Assembly: GCA_963748215.1 (NCBI GenBank)
Contig: CAVVHS010000007.1
Span: 433,693 to 497,692, forward strand
DNA: 64,000 nt
DNA from: an uncultured Gammaproteobacteria bacterium
GTDB lineage: Bacteria > Pseudomonadota > Gammaproteobacteria > UBA9214
Reading direction: 5' to 3'
Part shown: one piece after another, positions 1-10,473 of the stretch
How the letters are laid out: each line of letters starts with the position of its first letter
Numbering within the stretch: position 1 is the stretch's first letter
Notes under the pieces: model-generated
Databases searched by the model: none
What the model was told of the DNA's origin: nothing
Seen by the model: the letters and a program-made list of their open reading frames with translations, nothing else
Position numbers and translations under genes: made by a program

Positions 1-460
1 CCCATACGCCATACTTCGGCTTGGCGTCGACGCACTGCTTGAAGAAATCCTTCGAGCTATTGATGATCTCCGCGGGAAAGACCTTGTCCTTGATGATGCG
101 CTGCCTGTGATAGACATCATCGATGAACATGTTGAGCGCCGTCAGGCGCTGGACCAGGCCGGCCTCCAGGCGCCGCCACTCCGTAATGGGGATGACACGC
201 GGAATGATGTCCATGGGCCAGGAACGGTCGATGTTCTCGCCCTCGCTGTAGACGGTGAAGCTGATGCCCATTTCCTTGATGGCCAGGTCGGCCGCCTGCT
301 GGCGGTTCTGCAGGTGTTTTTCGGTCAGGGTCTGCAGGTAGGAAACGATGCCGCGCGCAACGGCGCGGGCATGGCCCGGCGAACTGATCAGTTCGTCGTA
401 AAATTTACCTGGATCGTACTGCTTCCAGTCGATTGCCTCTTTGCGGACAACGCGGGTCAT
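1..460 (-). CDS. Circularly permuted type 2 ATP-grasp protein (DUF404/407 family), 5' part only; runs off the window edge
   Basis: Not in the ORF track. Hand translation from ATG at 460 gives MTRVVRKEAIDWKQYDPGKFYDELISSPGHAR...MGISFTVYSEGENIDRSWPMDIIPRVIP, clearly paralogous to 15339..16790 (WQDYSSGDSYDELITPAGHAR...[28 protein letters not shown]). Confidence 0.9.
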   Translation of the reverse strand, partial: MTRVVRKEAIDWKQYDPGKFYDELISSPGHARAVARGIVSYLQTLTEKHLQNRQQAADLAIKEMGISFTVYSEGENIDRSWPMDIIPRVIPITEWRRLEAGLVQRLTALNMFIDDVYHRQRIIKDKVFPAEIINSSKDFFKQCVDAKPKYGVW

Positions 461-547
461 GTTGCCTGTATTCCTGTTCCGGTCATGGGTCACCGAGTGA
501 GTAAGCAGCTTGTGTCAGTTACCTGTCTGCATCCTGCTCCAGACTGA

Positions 548-563
548 AGCAAGACGCATGCCA
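548..563 (-). promoter_or_regulatory. sigma54 (-24/-12) promoter
   Basis: Minus strand TGGCATGCGTCTTGCT, GG-N10-GC, about 90 bp upstream of the ATP-grasp start. Confidence 0.75.
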
Positions 564-695
564 TTATGGGGTATATGGCTAACTGCCCGCAATGGTTATC
601 TATTTACCGGGATAAAATTTCGCGATGGGTCAAGCCGTGGGCGATTCTGGTGCTGGGCGATCCCGTCTGGCGCGTGACAGGTGTAAAGTACCGGC

Positions 696-2645
696 ATGAA
701 AGCTGTGTTGCGCAACGCGACCCGATACGGTGTCGGGGGGATGGTCATACTGCTGTGCTGCGCCGCCGCGTTGTCGTCGGGTGCGGACGAACAACGGACG
801 GGCGGCTGGCGGCTGGCGAAGGAGTCGAGCCCCTACCTGCAGTTGCACGCGGACAATCCGGTGGCGTGGTACCCGTGGGGCGCGGCAGCGCTGGAGCGGG
901 CGCGTGCGGAGAACAAGCCGCTGTTCATCTCGATCGGGTATTTCACCTGCCACTGGTGTCACGTGATGGCGCGCGAGTCGTTCAGCGACCCGGCCATCGC
1001 GGCCTTGCTCAACGAACACTTTATCGCCATCAAGATAGACCGCGAGCAGCGTCCTGACCTTGACGATGCCTACATGGAATATGTGACAGTGACCAGCGGG
1101 CAGGGCGGCTGGCCGATGTCGGTGTGGGCGACGCCGCAGGGCGAACCGTTTTTCGGCGGCACCTATTTCCCGCCGCGGGCGTCGCTGGGCCGCAGCGGTT
1201 TCCTGGAGCTGCTGGAGCGGATCGATGCCGCCTGGCGCGAGGACGAGGCAGGGGTGCGCGCGATAGCGCAACATGCGGTGGCGACGCTGCGTGAGCGCGG
1301 CCGCTCCGCGGCGCCCGTGCCACGCCTGACGGACAAGCCGCTGCAAGCTGCACGGCGCGAGTATGCCGCCCGCTACGACGCGCTGCAGGGTGGTTTTAGC
1401 CCGGCGCCGAAGTTTCCGCAACCGGCGCGGCTGCTGTTTCTGCTGGAAGACAGCGACCCGGCCAGCGCGCCCATGGCGCTGGCCACGCTCGACCACATGC
1501 TGGCAGGTGGCATCTATGACCGGCTGGACGGCGGTTTTCACCGCTACTCGACCGACTACGAATGGCGCATACCGCATTTCGAGAAAATGCTCTACGACCA
1601 GGCGCTGATGGCGCGTGTCTGCCTTAACGCCTGGCGCAACACCGCTAAGACGCGTTATGCCGACTGCGTGCGCGGCGTTCTCGACTTCACCCTGAACGGC
1701 ATGCGCGATCCCCGCGGCGGTTTTTATGCGGCGCTCTCCGCGGACAGCCTCGTGGCGGACAGCCCGGACAGCCATGCCGAGGAGGGCGCCTACTACACCT
1801 GGGACTGGCCGCAACTGGCCGCGGCACTGCCGGACAAGGTATTGCGCGAGTGGGCGGTGCTGCGCTACGGGCTGGAGGAGTCGGGCAATGCCCTGAGCGA
1901 CCCGCTGGGTGATATGGCCGGGCGCAATGTGTTGCTGCTGGTGCTGGACGACGATGCGCTGGCCAAACGGTTTGCGCTCGACCCGAAGACCGTACGGCAA
2001 CGCAATGCGCGGATCGAGGACGGCCTGCGCGCGGCGCGGCATGCACGGCCGCCGGTGCCGGTCGACGACAAGATCGTCACGGCCTGGAACGGATACCAGA
2101 TCGTCACGCTGGCACTGGCCGGCCTGCTGCTGGAGGAGCCACGCTACAGCGATGCCGCACGGCAGGCGGCACAATTCCTCCTGGACGAGTTGTTCGATGC
2201 CGGGCGCGGCGTGCTGTACCGTGACTGGCGCGACGGCGTGCGTGGCGTGCCGGGTTTCCAGGAAGACTACGCGGCGCTGGCGCAGGGACTGCTGACACTG
2301 TACCGGACCAGCGGGGAACGGCGCTGGCTGAACAGTGCGCGGCGCCTGGTGGACATCATGCGCGAGCGTTTCGAGGACAGGACACACGGCGGTTTCTTCA
2401 GTACCGGTGCCGATACGGAACTCTGGTTGCGTGACAAGCCGGCGGATGACGGCGCCGCGCTGTCCGGTAACGGTATTGCCGTGCATGTGCTGCTGGAACT
2501 GGGCCGGTTGACCGATAACCAGGCTTACCTCGACAGCGCCAGGCGTGTTGCGGCCTGGGCCGCCGCGCAGCTGGACGATTACCCGGCGGCCATGCCGCAG
2601 ATCCTGCAGGCCTGGCCGCTGCTGATGGCCATCAAGACGCCATAG
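696..2645 (+). CDS. Thioredoxin-domain protein, YyaL/DUF255 (SPATA20-like) family
   Basis: [80 protein letters not shown]. Start could be 696 or 741. Confidence 0.9.
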   Translation: MKAVLRNATRYGVGGMVILLCCAAALSSGADEQRTGGWRLAKESSPYLQLHADNPVAWYPWGAAALERARAENKPLFISIGYFTCHWCHVMARESFSDPAIAALLNEHFIAIKIDREQRPDLDDAYMEYVTVTSGQGGWPMSVWATPQGEPFFGGTYFPPRASLGRSGFLELLERIDAAWREDEAGVRAIAQHAVATLRERGRSAAPVPRLTDKPLQAARREYAARYDALQGGFSPAPKFPQPARLLFLLEDSDPASAPMALATLDHMLAGGIYDRLDGGFHRYSTDYEWRIPHFEKMLYDQALMARVCLNAWRNTAKTRYADCVRGVLDFTLNGMRDPRGGFYAALSADSLVADSPDSHAEEGAYYTWDWPQLAAALPDKVLREWAVLRYGLEESGNALSDPLGDMAGRNVLLLVLDDDALAKRFALDPKTVRQRNARIEDGLRAARHARPPVPVDDKIVTAWNGYQIVTLALAGLLLEEPRYSDAARQAAQFLLDELFDAGRGVLYRDWRDGVRGVPGFQEDYAALAQGLLTLYRTSGERRWLNSARRLVDIMRERFEDRTHGGFFSTGADTELWLRDKPADDGAALSGNGIAVHVLLELGRLTDNQAYLDSARRVAAWAAAQLDDYPAAMPQILQAWPLLMAIKTP

Positions 2646-2837
2646 GCGGTCAGGCCGCGGGGAAGGGATTTGCTCCCGCGCAGTCCCGGAAGGGGGTGAA
2701 CCGGTTGTCTGCCGGCAGGCGCCGGGCATTACACCGCAACCCCGTGACCGGTTTCCCGACAGTCACCGGCAGGCATGCACCGCCCGGGTGCAGTGCCGCT
2801 GCTGTGCGTGACAGCACTGCGACACGAGCGTTTGACA

Positions 2838-4994
2838 ATGCAGCGAAACTCGAAAACACTCCACGCCGTGGATTCCGACGACGACAGTTTTGATGCAGCA
2901 ATCCGCGCCCACGATGCAGCAGTGGAGGCCAGCGACCTCGATGTCTGGATAGGTGCCGAGCCGACCTTTACCAACCGCCTCTCCGAGTCGCCGGAATGGC
3001 TGACCGACGCCCTTGGCGCAAGCAAGCTGGGCTACGCCTGCCACATTATCGAACAGCTCCGCGATAGCTATCCCGGCTCGATCATACTGCGCACCCTGGG
3101 ACGCCAGTATCCCGGGGAAGAGCGACCCCGCTGGAGCCTGGGCCTGTACCAGCGCCGTGACGGTCGCGCGCTGGCCGATGACCTGCCGGCTGATCCGCTG
3201 GGGATGGCGTGTTCCTGCGAAGCGGGACGCCTGACGGCGTTCTGGCAGGCCCTGGCCGCGGCCCTCGGCCGGGATGGCTGGGATGCAGCGGGTTTTCGGG
3301 TCGATGGGGAGATGGGTCTGCGCGTGGTGTTCCGCTGCGACAGGCAGCAGTCGCTGGCCGATCCGGCCACGGATGCGCGCCTCGGGCGGGCGTCACTGCA
3401 TACGCAGGCCGTACCGACGGATGGCCTGGCGGATGACCTTGCCGGCGAGGGACTGTATCTGGTCGCGGTTGGCTGCGTGGCCACGGGTCCGGATGACAGC
3501 CAGCAGCCCTGCATCGAGTTGCCGGCGTTTGCGAAGGTCGCGTTGTTCATGGCTTTCATACAGCGTGTCGCGCAGGCGGCGCGTGAGGCGGGACTGACTG
3601 CGCTGGTGTGGCGCGGATTCCCGCCGCCGGTGGACAGGACCGTCGCCTGGACTACACTGACACCGGATCCGGCAGTACTTGAAATCAATGAAGCGCCCGC
3701 GTCCTCTGTTGCCGAGTTTCTGGAGCGGAGCCGCCGGCTGTACGCCCTGGTGGAGGCGCAGGGCCTGGCACCTTACCGGTTGCAATACGACGGCACCGTG
3801 TCGGACAGCGGTGGCGGCGGTCAATTCACACTCGGTGGGCCCACACCGGCGCACAGCCCGTTTTTCGTGGCACCCCGGCTGATGAGTCGCATGGTCGTCT
3901 ATTTCAATCGTCATCCGGCGCTGTCCTACTGGTTTGCACCGCTTTATGTCGGCAGCTTCAGCCAGTCGCCACGCGCGGACGAGAACGTGCTCGAATCGTT
4001 CAGCGAACTGCAGGTGGCGTTGCAGCATCTGGACGCCACACCCGAACCGGAGCCCGAATACATCTGGCGCAGTCTCAGTCCGTTTCTGGTCGATACCTCG
4101 GGCAATGCCCACCGCAGCGAACTCAACATCGAAAAACTCTGGAATCCCTTACTGCCCGGACGCGGCTGTCTCGGACTGGTCGAGTTGCGTGCGTTTCGCA
4201 TGGCCATCGATGCGGAAAGCGCGGCTGCCATTGCCGCCATGCTGCGTGCGCTGGCGGCGATGCTGAGTCGCCAGGCGAGCAGCCGGCAGCTGATCGAGTG
4301 GGGCAGCCGCCTGCACGACCGTTTTGCACTGCCGTTCTACCTGCGCCAGGATCTGGGTGCGGTATTCAGTGACCTGACCGCGGCCGGACTGGGACTTGGT
4401 GCACCTGTCATCGAGCGTCTGCTTGCCGATCACTGGCGGCATATCGGTGATGCCGAGTGCGCCGGTTGCCGGCTCGATGTCGACCAGGCCATCGAATTCT
4501 GGCCGCTGCTGGGCGATGCCGCCACGCAATCGGGCGGTTCGCGCCTGGTGGATGCCAGCACGACACGCCTGCAGATCATGCTGCGGCCCGCGTCCGGTCA
4601 TGCAGCGGATCTCGATGGCTGGCAGCTGCTGGCGGGCCGCTACCGGGTGCCGTTGCGCCGTGACCAGGACGCCTTCGGGGCGGTGCTCATCATGGGCCTG
4701 CGTTACCGTGCCTTTGTACCCTGGGCAGGCCTGCATCCGGGACTCGGTGCGCAGGGGCCGATCGTGCTCACGCTCCTGCCGCCCGGGGGTGAGCGCGGGC
4801 TGCGCATCACACTGCACGTCTGGCAACCTCAGGGGGAGGCCTATGCGGGTCTGCCTGGATCACTCGACGACGCGCGCAGGCGCATACGCGAGCGGTTCGC
4901 CGTGGAGGTGATCACGGCGGACAGCGCGCCCGAAGGCATCGCGCCGCCGGCCGAAGCGATGTCGGACTACTGTTTCGACCTGCGGCGCACCTGA
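2838..4994 (+). CDS. Stand-alone DUF2126 (putative amidoligase) protein without a transglutaminase domain
   Basis: [70 protein letters not shown] and LGLVELRAF match the C-terminal region of the 13852..10466 protein. Start chosen at MQRNSK; the ORF is open from 2775. Confidence 0.85.
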   Translation: MQRNSKTLHAVDSDDDSFDAAIRAHDAAVEASDLDVWIGAEPTFTNRLSESPEWLTDALGASKLGYACHIIEQLRDSYPGSIILRTLGRQYPGEERPRWSLGLYQRRDGRALADDLPADPLGMACSCEAGRLTAFWQALAAALGRDGWDAAGFRVDGEMGLRVVFRCDRQQSLADPATDARLGRASLHTQAVPTDGLADDLAGEGLYLVAVGCVATGPDDSQQPCIELPAFAKVALFMAFIQRVAQAAREAGLTALVWRGFPPPVDRTVAWTTLTPDPAVLEINEAPASSVAEFLERSRRLYALVEAQGLAPYRLQYDGTVSDSGGGGQFTLGGPTPAHSPFFVAPRLMSRMVVYFNRHPALSYWFAPLYVGSFSQSPRADENVLESFSELQVALQHLDATPEPEPEYIWRSLSPFLVDTSGNAHRSELNIEKLWNPLLPGRGCLGLVELRAFRMAIDAESAAAIAAMLRALAAMLSRQASSRQLIEWGSRLHDRFALPFYLRQDLGAVFSDLTAAGLGLGAPVIERLLADHWRHIGDAECAGCRLDVDQAIEFWPLLGDAATQSGGSRLVDASTTRLQIMLRPASGHAADLDGWQLLAGRYRVPLRRDQDAFGAVLIMGLRYRAFVPWAGLHPGLGAQGPIVLTLLPPGGERGLRITLHVWQPQGEAYAGLPGSLDDARRRIRERFAVEVITADSAPEGIAPPAEAMSDYCFDLRRT

Positions 4995-5049
4995 GGACAG
5001 ACGTCGCGCCCGGTCGGATGTGCCCCGCAGCAGATAGACTTCAGCGTGA

Positions 5050-5120
5050 AAATGCGCCGCATACATTTCTGCCTGATCAAGCCCGAATACCCTGACCGAA
5101 AAATGTATCCGGCCTTTTTT
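5050..5120. repeat. REP-like inverted doublet (GGGGCCGGATAC family), upstream of cytochrome c5
   Basis: Degenerate GCGCCGCATACATTTCTG (5054) followed by CCGAAAAATGTATCCGGCCTTTTT (5096-5120). Confidence 0.55.
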
Positions 5121-5199
5121 CAATTTCCCGATCCGGGCGGTTTCGCGTACAGTGTGCAGGCTCTGAATACCCGATCCCATTACTTACGGAGATGAACTC

Positions 5200-5667
5200 A
5201 TGTCGACTGATACAATCAAATCGAGAAAATCCGGTGCACTGGTGTTGATTCCCGCACTGGCCCTGATGCTGCTGGGTGCCGGCTGCTCGGATAAGGAAAC
5301 CACGTCCTCCCAGCAAGTTACACCGGCGGAGGCACCCGCCCCGCAGACTGCGAAACCGGAAGCAATGCCGCCTGTCAAGGCACCCGAACCTGCCGCCGAG
5401 GCGCCGGCCGGGACCGGGATGGCCGCTGCGGGCGGGGAGAAGATCTATCAGTCAAGCTGCCATGCCTGCCACGCGGCCGGTGTTGCGGGTGCGCCGAAAC
5501 TGGGTGATAAAGCGGCCTGGGCACCGCGAATTGCGAAGGGAAATGATGCCCTGCTGTCTTCGGTCAAGAACGGTCTCAACGCCATGCCCCCGAAAGGTGC
5601 CTGCATGAGTTGCAGTGATGACGATCTGCGTTCAGCCGTAGACTACATGGTCGGGCAGGGCTCCTGA
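5200..5667 (+). CDS. Cytochrome c5-family lipoprotein
   Basis: Lipobox LGAGC, Pro/Ala linker, CHACH heme motif, GAPKLGDKAAWAPRI, MPPKG, CMSC disulfide. Confidence 0.92.
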   Translation: MSTDTIKSRKSGALVLIPALALMLLGAGCSDKETTSSQQVTPAEAPAPQTAKPEAMPPVKAPEPAAEAPAGTGMAAAGGEKIYQSSCHACHAAGVAGAPKLGDKAAWAPRIAKGNDALLSSVKNGLNAMPPKGACMSCSDDDLRSAVDYMVGQGS

Positions 5668-5673
5668 CGGTCT

Positions 5674-5742
5674 AAAGGGGCCGGATACTTTTTCGTATAA
5701 GGATATACCTCGGCCGAAAAATGTATCCGCCCCGTTTTTTTT
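5674..5742. repeat. REP-like inverted doublet (GGGGCCGGATAC family); may act as a bidirectional terminator
   Basis: AAAGGGGCCGGATACTTTTTCG ... CCGAAAAATGTATCCGCCCCGTTTTTT between convergent genes. Confidence 0.65.
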
Positions 5743-5779
5743 CTTTGCCCTGCCGGGCGTGTCCTGCCGGCAGCCTACC

Positions 5780-6964
5780 TCAGACCCGGTACGGTGCAAG
5801 CCGATCGACCAGGTATCCGGCGATCTGTTGCAGCAAGGAAGCGCCGCTACCGGGGCGGTCGACGTCCTGGTCCAGCACATAACCGGCATCAAATTCGCGG
5901 TGTGCCCTGACGATCCCGTGCACGAATGCGAGTTTCCGCACCGCCGGATCGGGCAGTGTAAACGGGTACAGGTCCGGAAGCCCCATGCTTCGGTTGAGGC
6001 TGTTCAGGGCATGCGTCAGCGGTATCCAGTGACTGATGATGGTGTCGAAATCCTCGATACGATAGGCATTGAAGCGGGGGTCGGCATGGTGAATGGTGCC
6101 GTCCGGCAGCTCGCGTCTGACCTGCACGCCGTAGTGCCCGGCAGTTTCCAGTGTGTCAATGATATGCAGGTAGTGCGCCCAGGACTCGGCCCAGTCCTCC
6201 CATGGGTGTGAGCTGGCGTAGCGGGAGATATAGCGGCTCTGCCAGTCCCCCGGTGCGCCGGCCTGGTAATGGTTGTCGAGGGCCTGCGGATAGTTGATCC
6301 GTTCGTCACCGAACAGCTCGCGGAAGGGGGCCAGCGAAGGCGTGTTCCGGATCAGTCGATTCCAGTAATAGTGTCCGCTTTCATGTCTGAAGTGCCCCAG
6401 CAGCGTCCGGTATTTTTCGTTCAGGTCGACGCGGGACCGTTCGCGCAGGGCCGGATCCGCCTCATCGAGGCTGATGATGATATGGCCGTTATCATGCCCG
6501 GTGATCACGTGTGACCCGGGCGGTGAATCGATATCGGACATAAAGGAAAAGGCCAGTCCCCGTGCGGGGTCTTCCGCACTGGTGTGCAGGGGCAACCCGA
6601 GTTTCAGCAGGCTGTAGATCAGGCGCCGCTTGCTGCGCTCCAGTCGATACCAGCGTTCCGCGAAGCCGGGCCGGGAAAGATTGGGGATGGTCTGGTTGAA
6701 CTTGCAGGCGATACAGACACGCTGGCCGGAGTCGACCGGGACCATCCAGTTGCAGACGTTGTGAACCGCGTAGTTTTCGCACTTGCGGTAGCGGTTACCC
6801 GCCGCCATGTCGGTGAGTGCCTTCCAGGTCCCGTCCGTAGCGGGTTCCAGCGCCGACACGCGCAGAATCTGCGGCAGCACGCCGAGTGCGTGGTTGCAGC
6901 GGGTGCAAACGCTATTGTCGAAATAGACCGGATTTTTACAGTGTTCGCAGTGAAAGGTTCGCAT
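5780..6964 (-). CDS. Putative zinc-binding metallopeptidase (zinc ribbon + Peptidase_Mx, DUF2248)
   Basis: N-terminal CEHC...CTRC ribbon, TGHDNG, YRTLLGHFRHESGHYYW (HExxH), YASSHPWEDWAESWAHYLH. Confidence 0.9.
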   Translation of the reverse strand: MRTFHCEHCKNPVYFDNSVCTRCNHALGVLPQILRVSALEPATDGTWKALTDMAAGNRYRKCENYAVHNVCNWMVPVDSGQRVCIACKFNQTIPNLSRPGFAERWYRLERSKRRLIYSLLKLGLPLHTSAEDPARGLAFSFMSDIDSPPGSHVITGHDNGHIIISLDEADPALRERSRVDLNEKYRTLLGHFRHESGHYYWNRLIRNTPSLAPFRELFGDERINYPQALDNHYQAGAPGDWQSRYISRYASSHPWEDWAESWAHYLHIIDTLETAGHYGVQVRRELPDGTIHHADPRFNAYRIEDFDTIISHWIPLTHALNSLNRSMGLPDLYPFTLPDPAVRKLAFVHGIVRAHREFDAGYVLDQDVDRPGSGASLLQQIAGYLVDRLAPYRV

Positions 6965-6994
6965 CTGTCGACCGCTGTTTCCAGGGGGAGGATT

Positions 6995-7915
6995 TCAGCC
7001 GCCGGGTGCCGGTTGAGCCGCCGGTGCATCGGGTTCCGGCAGGCGCTCCATGTCCACCGACACCTGCGGCCGGTGTCCCGGGTCGCCGCCGAACAGTACG
7101 CCCTTGAGTGGCGTGACATCGGCATAGTCCCGTCCCCAGGCCGTGGTGATGTGCTGGTCCAGCGGCACCCGGTTGTTGGTGGGGTCGAAGTCATGCCAGC
7201 CGACATCGGGCAGGTATACCGAGAACCAGGCATGCGATTCGTCGGCCCCGCGCTGCTTGGCCTGGCCCGGTGGCGGCAGGGTTTCCAGGTAGCCGCTCAC
7301 ATAGCGCGCCGCCAGCCCGAGACTGCGCAGGCAGGCGATCGCCAGGTGGGCGAAGTCCTGGCATACGCCCCGCCGACTGGAGAGGACCTCGGTCAGGGGG
7401 GTGGAGACGGTGGAAAATCCCGGGTCGTAGGTGAACTCGTGGTGGACGCGCGCCATCAGGTCGCGCACCGACTCCAGCAGCGGCCGGCCGGGCGGGAACG
7501 ACGGCGCCGCGTAATCGGCCAGTTCCTGCCCGGTGGGCACCAGCGATGAATCGAGCACGAACTGCCGGTTCTCGCGTGACATGTCCGTGGCGGGTTCCGC
7601 CAGGCGCCTGCGCGCCTCGTCCCAGGGGATGTCAGCTTCAAGTGCCAGCTGGCCGGTCCCGGGATTCAGCTCGATTTCGCTGGTGGCGATGACCGTGAGG
7701 GTCTGGTGCGGTTGCTGAATGGAAAAATAGCTGACATGGTTGCCGAAGTAATCCGCGTGTTCGGCAAGATCCATCGGCAGCGGGTCGATCTGCAGGCGAT
7801 GTCCCAGGCACTGCTGGGTGACCAGATTGCGCGGCCGCAGGTGGGCCAGGTTGTGGCACAGGCTGACGGTCATCCCGTAACGGTACTCTGTCTTGTGCAC
7901 GACACGGTATTTCAT
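6995..7915 (-). CDS. Transglutaminase family protein (Bact_transglu_N + core)
   Basis: YRVVHKTEYRY, DYFGN, GVCQDFAH (catalytic Cys), ARYVSGY, SHAW, FDPTN, GRDYADV. Confidence 0.93.
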   Translation of the reverse strand: MKYRVVHKTEYRYGMTVSLCHNLAHLRPRNLVTQQCLGHRLQIDPLPMDLAEHADYFGNHVSYFSIQQPHQTLTVIATSEIELNPGTGQLALEADIPWDEARRRLAEPATDMSRENRQFVLDSSLVPTGQELADYAAPSFPPGRPLLESVRDLMARVHHEFTYDPGFSTVSTPLTEVLSSRRGVCQDFAHLAIACLRSLGLAARYVSGYLETLPPPGQAKQRGADESHAWFSVYLPDVGWHDFDPTNNRVPLDQHITTAWGRDYADVTPLKGVLFGGDPGHRPQVSVDMERLPEPDAPAAQPAPGG

Positions 7916-10473
7916 GACTGTTCTGATTCTTCATCGACCAGCTGGTAGGGCCGCTCGGCATGGGTGAAATAGGTTGACGTCAGGGCATTGGAGGTGTCAC
8001 CCAGGTGCTGGCCGAGCCCGGCGAGCAGGTTTTCGAGTCGCGGCCTGATACCGCCGTCCGCCTGCGCCAGTTCCTCCGCATTCGCCAGTTCGAGCTGGGT
8101 GGTGGCTTCGAGCACGAGTCGCATTTCCCGCTTGTAGGGACGTCGGTCCTGTCCCGGTAACACGGCGAGATGCTGCCGCGCCGCGTGCAACTGGTAGACG
8201 AGGGAGCGGCTGTTGGTTTCATCCAGCAGCAGCAGGTCCAGCGTGGCTTCCAGCTGCGGCCGGTTGCGAAAACGGCGTCGATAGAGGGTGAAGCTCTCGG
8301 TAACGGCCAGCACCGACTCCAGCAGCAGGACCTCGATTTCCGGCGCCACGCGGCTGGTCAGCACGGCGCGCAGCAGCGCGATCAGCAGCAAGGCGCGCTC
8401 GATGCGTCTGCCCAGGTTGAAGAAGTGCCAGCCCAGGTCCCGGCTCATGCTTTCGCTGGCGGCGCCGGCGATGGCCATCAGGGCGGTGATGATGCGGTCC
8501 TGTGTGTCCTGCAGGAACTGCAGATCGGTGTGACCGCCTTGCGCAAGGCCGTCCAGTTCGTCACCGATGTCATTGAATACCCGCCGCGCGTCGCTGCTCA
8601 CCAGGTTGCGAACGGCGTAGGCCGCGTTGAGGCAGTCCGACAGGTTGGCGGCCAGGGTTCCGGTGCGCCGCCGGTTGCAGATCAGGTCGATAAGCTCCGC
8701 CTGCGGCTCGGCCAGGCGTTGCTCGGCGCCGACCCCCGTGAAGCCGGGGTAGGTCATGCTCATGTGGGTCAGACCCCGCAGCAGCATGTCCAGGGTCGTC
8801 TGGTAGACCGGGTCCGTCAGCTGCAGGGTTTCGTTGCGGCGTGTGTGGATGTTGCGGATCAGCCGGATCATGTCCTCGGCACGCTCGGCGTAGCGTGCCA
8901 GCCAGAACAGGTTTTCGGCGGCCAGGCCGGGCAGGGTCTCCTGCGATTGCGGGAAGATGCCCTTGCCCTGGGGCAGCAGTGTCACGATCTGCTCGGGTTC
9001 GGAGGCCAGCACCCAGGTGTCCTTGCTGACGGCGCCGGCCTGGTTGGACACTAACCGGCTTTCCGGTGTCTCGCCGACGCGGGTCAGTCCGCCCGGCATG
9101 ACCGTGAAACTGTCCTGGCCGGCGGCCAGGAAGGTGCGCAGCACGCTATGGCGCGGTTCCAGCCGGCCCGCGTTCAGCGTCGGCGCCGATGACGGTATCA
9201 GTCGTTCCTGACCGATGTACTGGTGGGGCTGCGCCTTGATGCGCTCGCGCCATTCTGCCAGTCCTGTGGCATCGAGCTGGTCGCCGAACACCGGCTGGCC
9301 GCCCCGCTTGACCGGTCGCAGTACCAGGGTGGCGAGGTTGGCCAGCACGTAGTCACGCTCCCGCGGCTGTCCGCACCACCAGGTGGCGACCGAGGGCAGC
9401 CGCAGTTCCTGTCCCAGCAAATGCCTCGCCAGCCGGGGCAGGAAGGCCATCAGGCCGGGACTCTCCAGGATGCCCGCGCCGATCGAATTGGCGATGGCAA
9501 CCCGTCCGCGACGCATCACTTCCACCAGCCCGGGGACACCGAGCAGGGAGTCGGGGCGCAGTTCCAGCGGGTCACAGTAGTGATCGTCGACGCGCCTGAG
9601 AATGACATCCACCGGGGCCAGCCCGCTGACGGACTTGAGCCAGACCCGACCGTCGCGCACGGTCAGGTTGGCGCCCTCGATCAGGGTGTAATCGAGGTAG
9701 TTGGCAAGGTACAGGTGTTCGAAATAGGTTTCGTTGTGCGGCCCGGGGGTCATGATCACCACCCGCGGGTCCTCGCGCGCCGGTTCCGGCGCCAGGTTTG
9801 CCAGCGACTCGCGCAGGCGGCGGAAGAAGGGGGCCAGCCGGTGCGGGTGGGAATCGCGGAACAGGCTGGGAATCAGGCGCGACATGACGGTGCGGTTTTC
9901 CAGCGCATAGCCCATGCCCGAGGGGGCCTGGGTGCGGTCCTTGAGGACCCGGAACCGGCCGTCATTGCCGCGCACCAGGTCCGCGGCAAACAGGCTCAGT
10001 CCCGGCGGCCTGGCGGGCGGAGCGACCACGCAGGAACGCTGGAAGCCGGGATCGCCATACACCAGGTCCGGCGGGATCAGGCCCTTCCTGATCAGGCTGC
10101 AGGGACCGTAGAGATCCTGCAGGATCAGGTTGAGCAGCTCCGCCCGCTGCATCAGGCCGGACTCGATGCCGGCCCATTCGCTGCTGCTGATCAGCAGCGG
10201 TACCGGGTCGAGCTGCCAGGCCCGGTTGAGGCCGTCCTGAGCGCCGTAGACATTGTAGGTGGCGCCGTCGCTGCGCAGCATGCGGACTGTGTCACGCTGC
10301 CGCTGCTGCAGCACCTCGGGACCCATGGCATCCAGCGCGCTGATCAGGTACTGCCAGTGTTTGCGCACCGTGCCGTCTCCGGTGCACATCTCGTCATAGC
10401 CTGACGGCGACCGCGCGTAGGCCGGACAGGCTGCGCTGCGGTCGGGGGTGTTCATGGTTGGCGTATCAGTCAC
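7912..10473 (-). CDS. Circularly permuted ATP-grasp protein fused to an alpha-E (DUF403) domain
   Basis: DRTQAPSGMGYALENR, YFEHLYLA, VILRRVDD, LGVPGL, MPGGLTRV and SKDTWV, followed by alpha-E ER motifs LFWLARYAERAE and LGRRIERA. Confidence 0.92.
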   Translation of the reverse strand: MTDTPTMNTPDRSAACPAYARSPSGYDEMCTGDGTVRKHWQYLISALDAMGPEVLQQRQRDTVRMLRSDGATYNVYGAQDGLNRAWQLDPVPLLISSSEWAGIESGLMQRAELLNLILQDLYGPCSLIRKGLIPPDLVYGDPGFQRSCVVAPPARPPGLSLFAADLVRGNDGRFRVLKDRTQAPSGMGYALENRTVMSRLIPSLFRDSHPHRLAPFFRRLRESLANLAPEPAREDPRVVIMTPGPHNETYFEHLYLANYLDYTLIEGANLTVRDGRVWLKSVSGLAPVDVILRRVDDHYCDPLELRPDSLLGVPGLVEVMRRGRVAIANSIGAGILESPGLMAFLPRLARHLLGQELRLPSVATWWCGQPRERDYVLANLATLVLRPVKRGGQPVFGDQLDATGLAEWRERIKAQPHQYIGQERLIPSSAPTLNAGRLEPRHSVLRTFLAAGQDSFTVMPGGLTRVGETPESRLVSNQAGAVSKDTWVLASEPEQIVTLLPQGKGIFPQSQETLPGLAAENLFWLARYAERAEDMIRLIRNIHTRRNETLQLTDPVYQTTLDMLLRGLTHMSMTYPGFTGVGAEQRLAEPQAELIDLICNRRRTGTLAANLSDCLNAAYAVRNLVSSDARRVFNDIGDELDGLAQGGHTDLQFLQDTQDRIITALMAIAGAASESMSRDLGWHFFNLGRRIERALLLIALLRAVLTSRVAPEIEVLLLESVLAVTESFTLYRRRFRNRPQLEATLDLLLLDETNSRSLVYQLHAARQHLAVLPGQDRRPYKREMRLVLEATTQLELANAEELAQADGGIRPRLENLLAGLGQHLGDTSNALTSTYFTHAERPYQLVDEESEQS

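Noticed and set aside
630-2729. 699-aa minus-strand ORF
   Set aside because: Antisense shadow of the YyaL gene with no motifs; expected in high-GC DNA.
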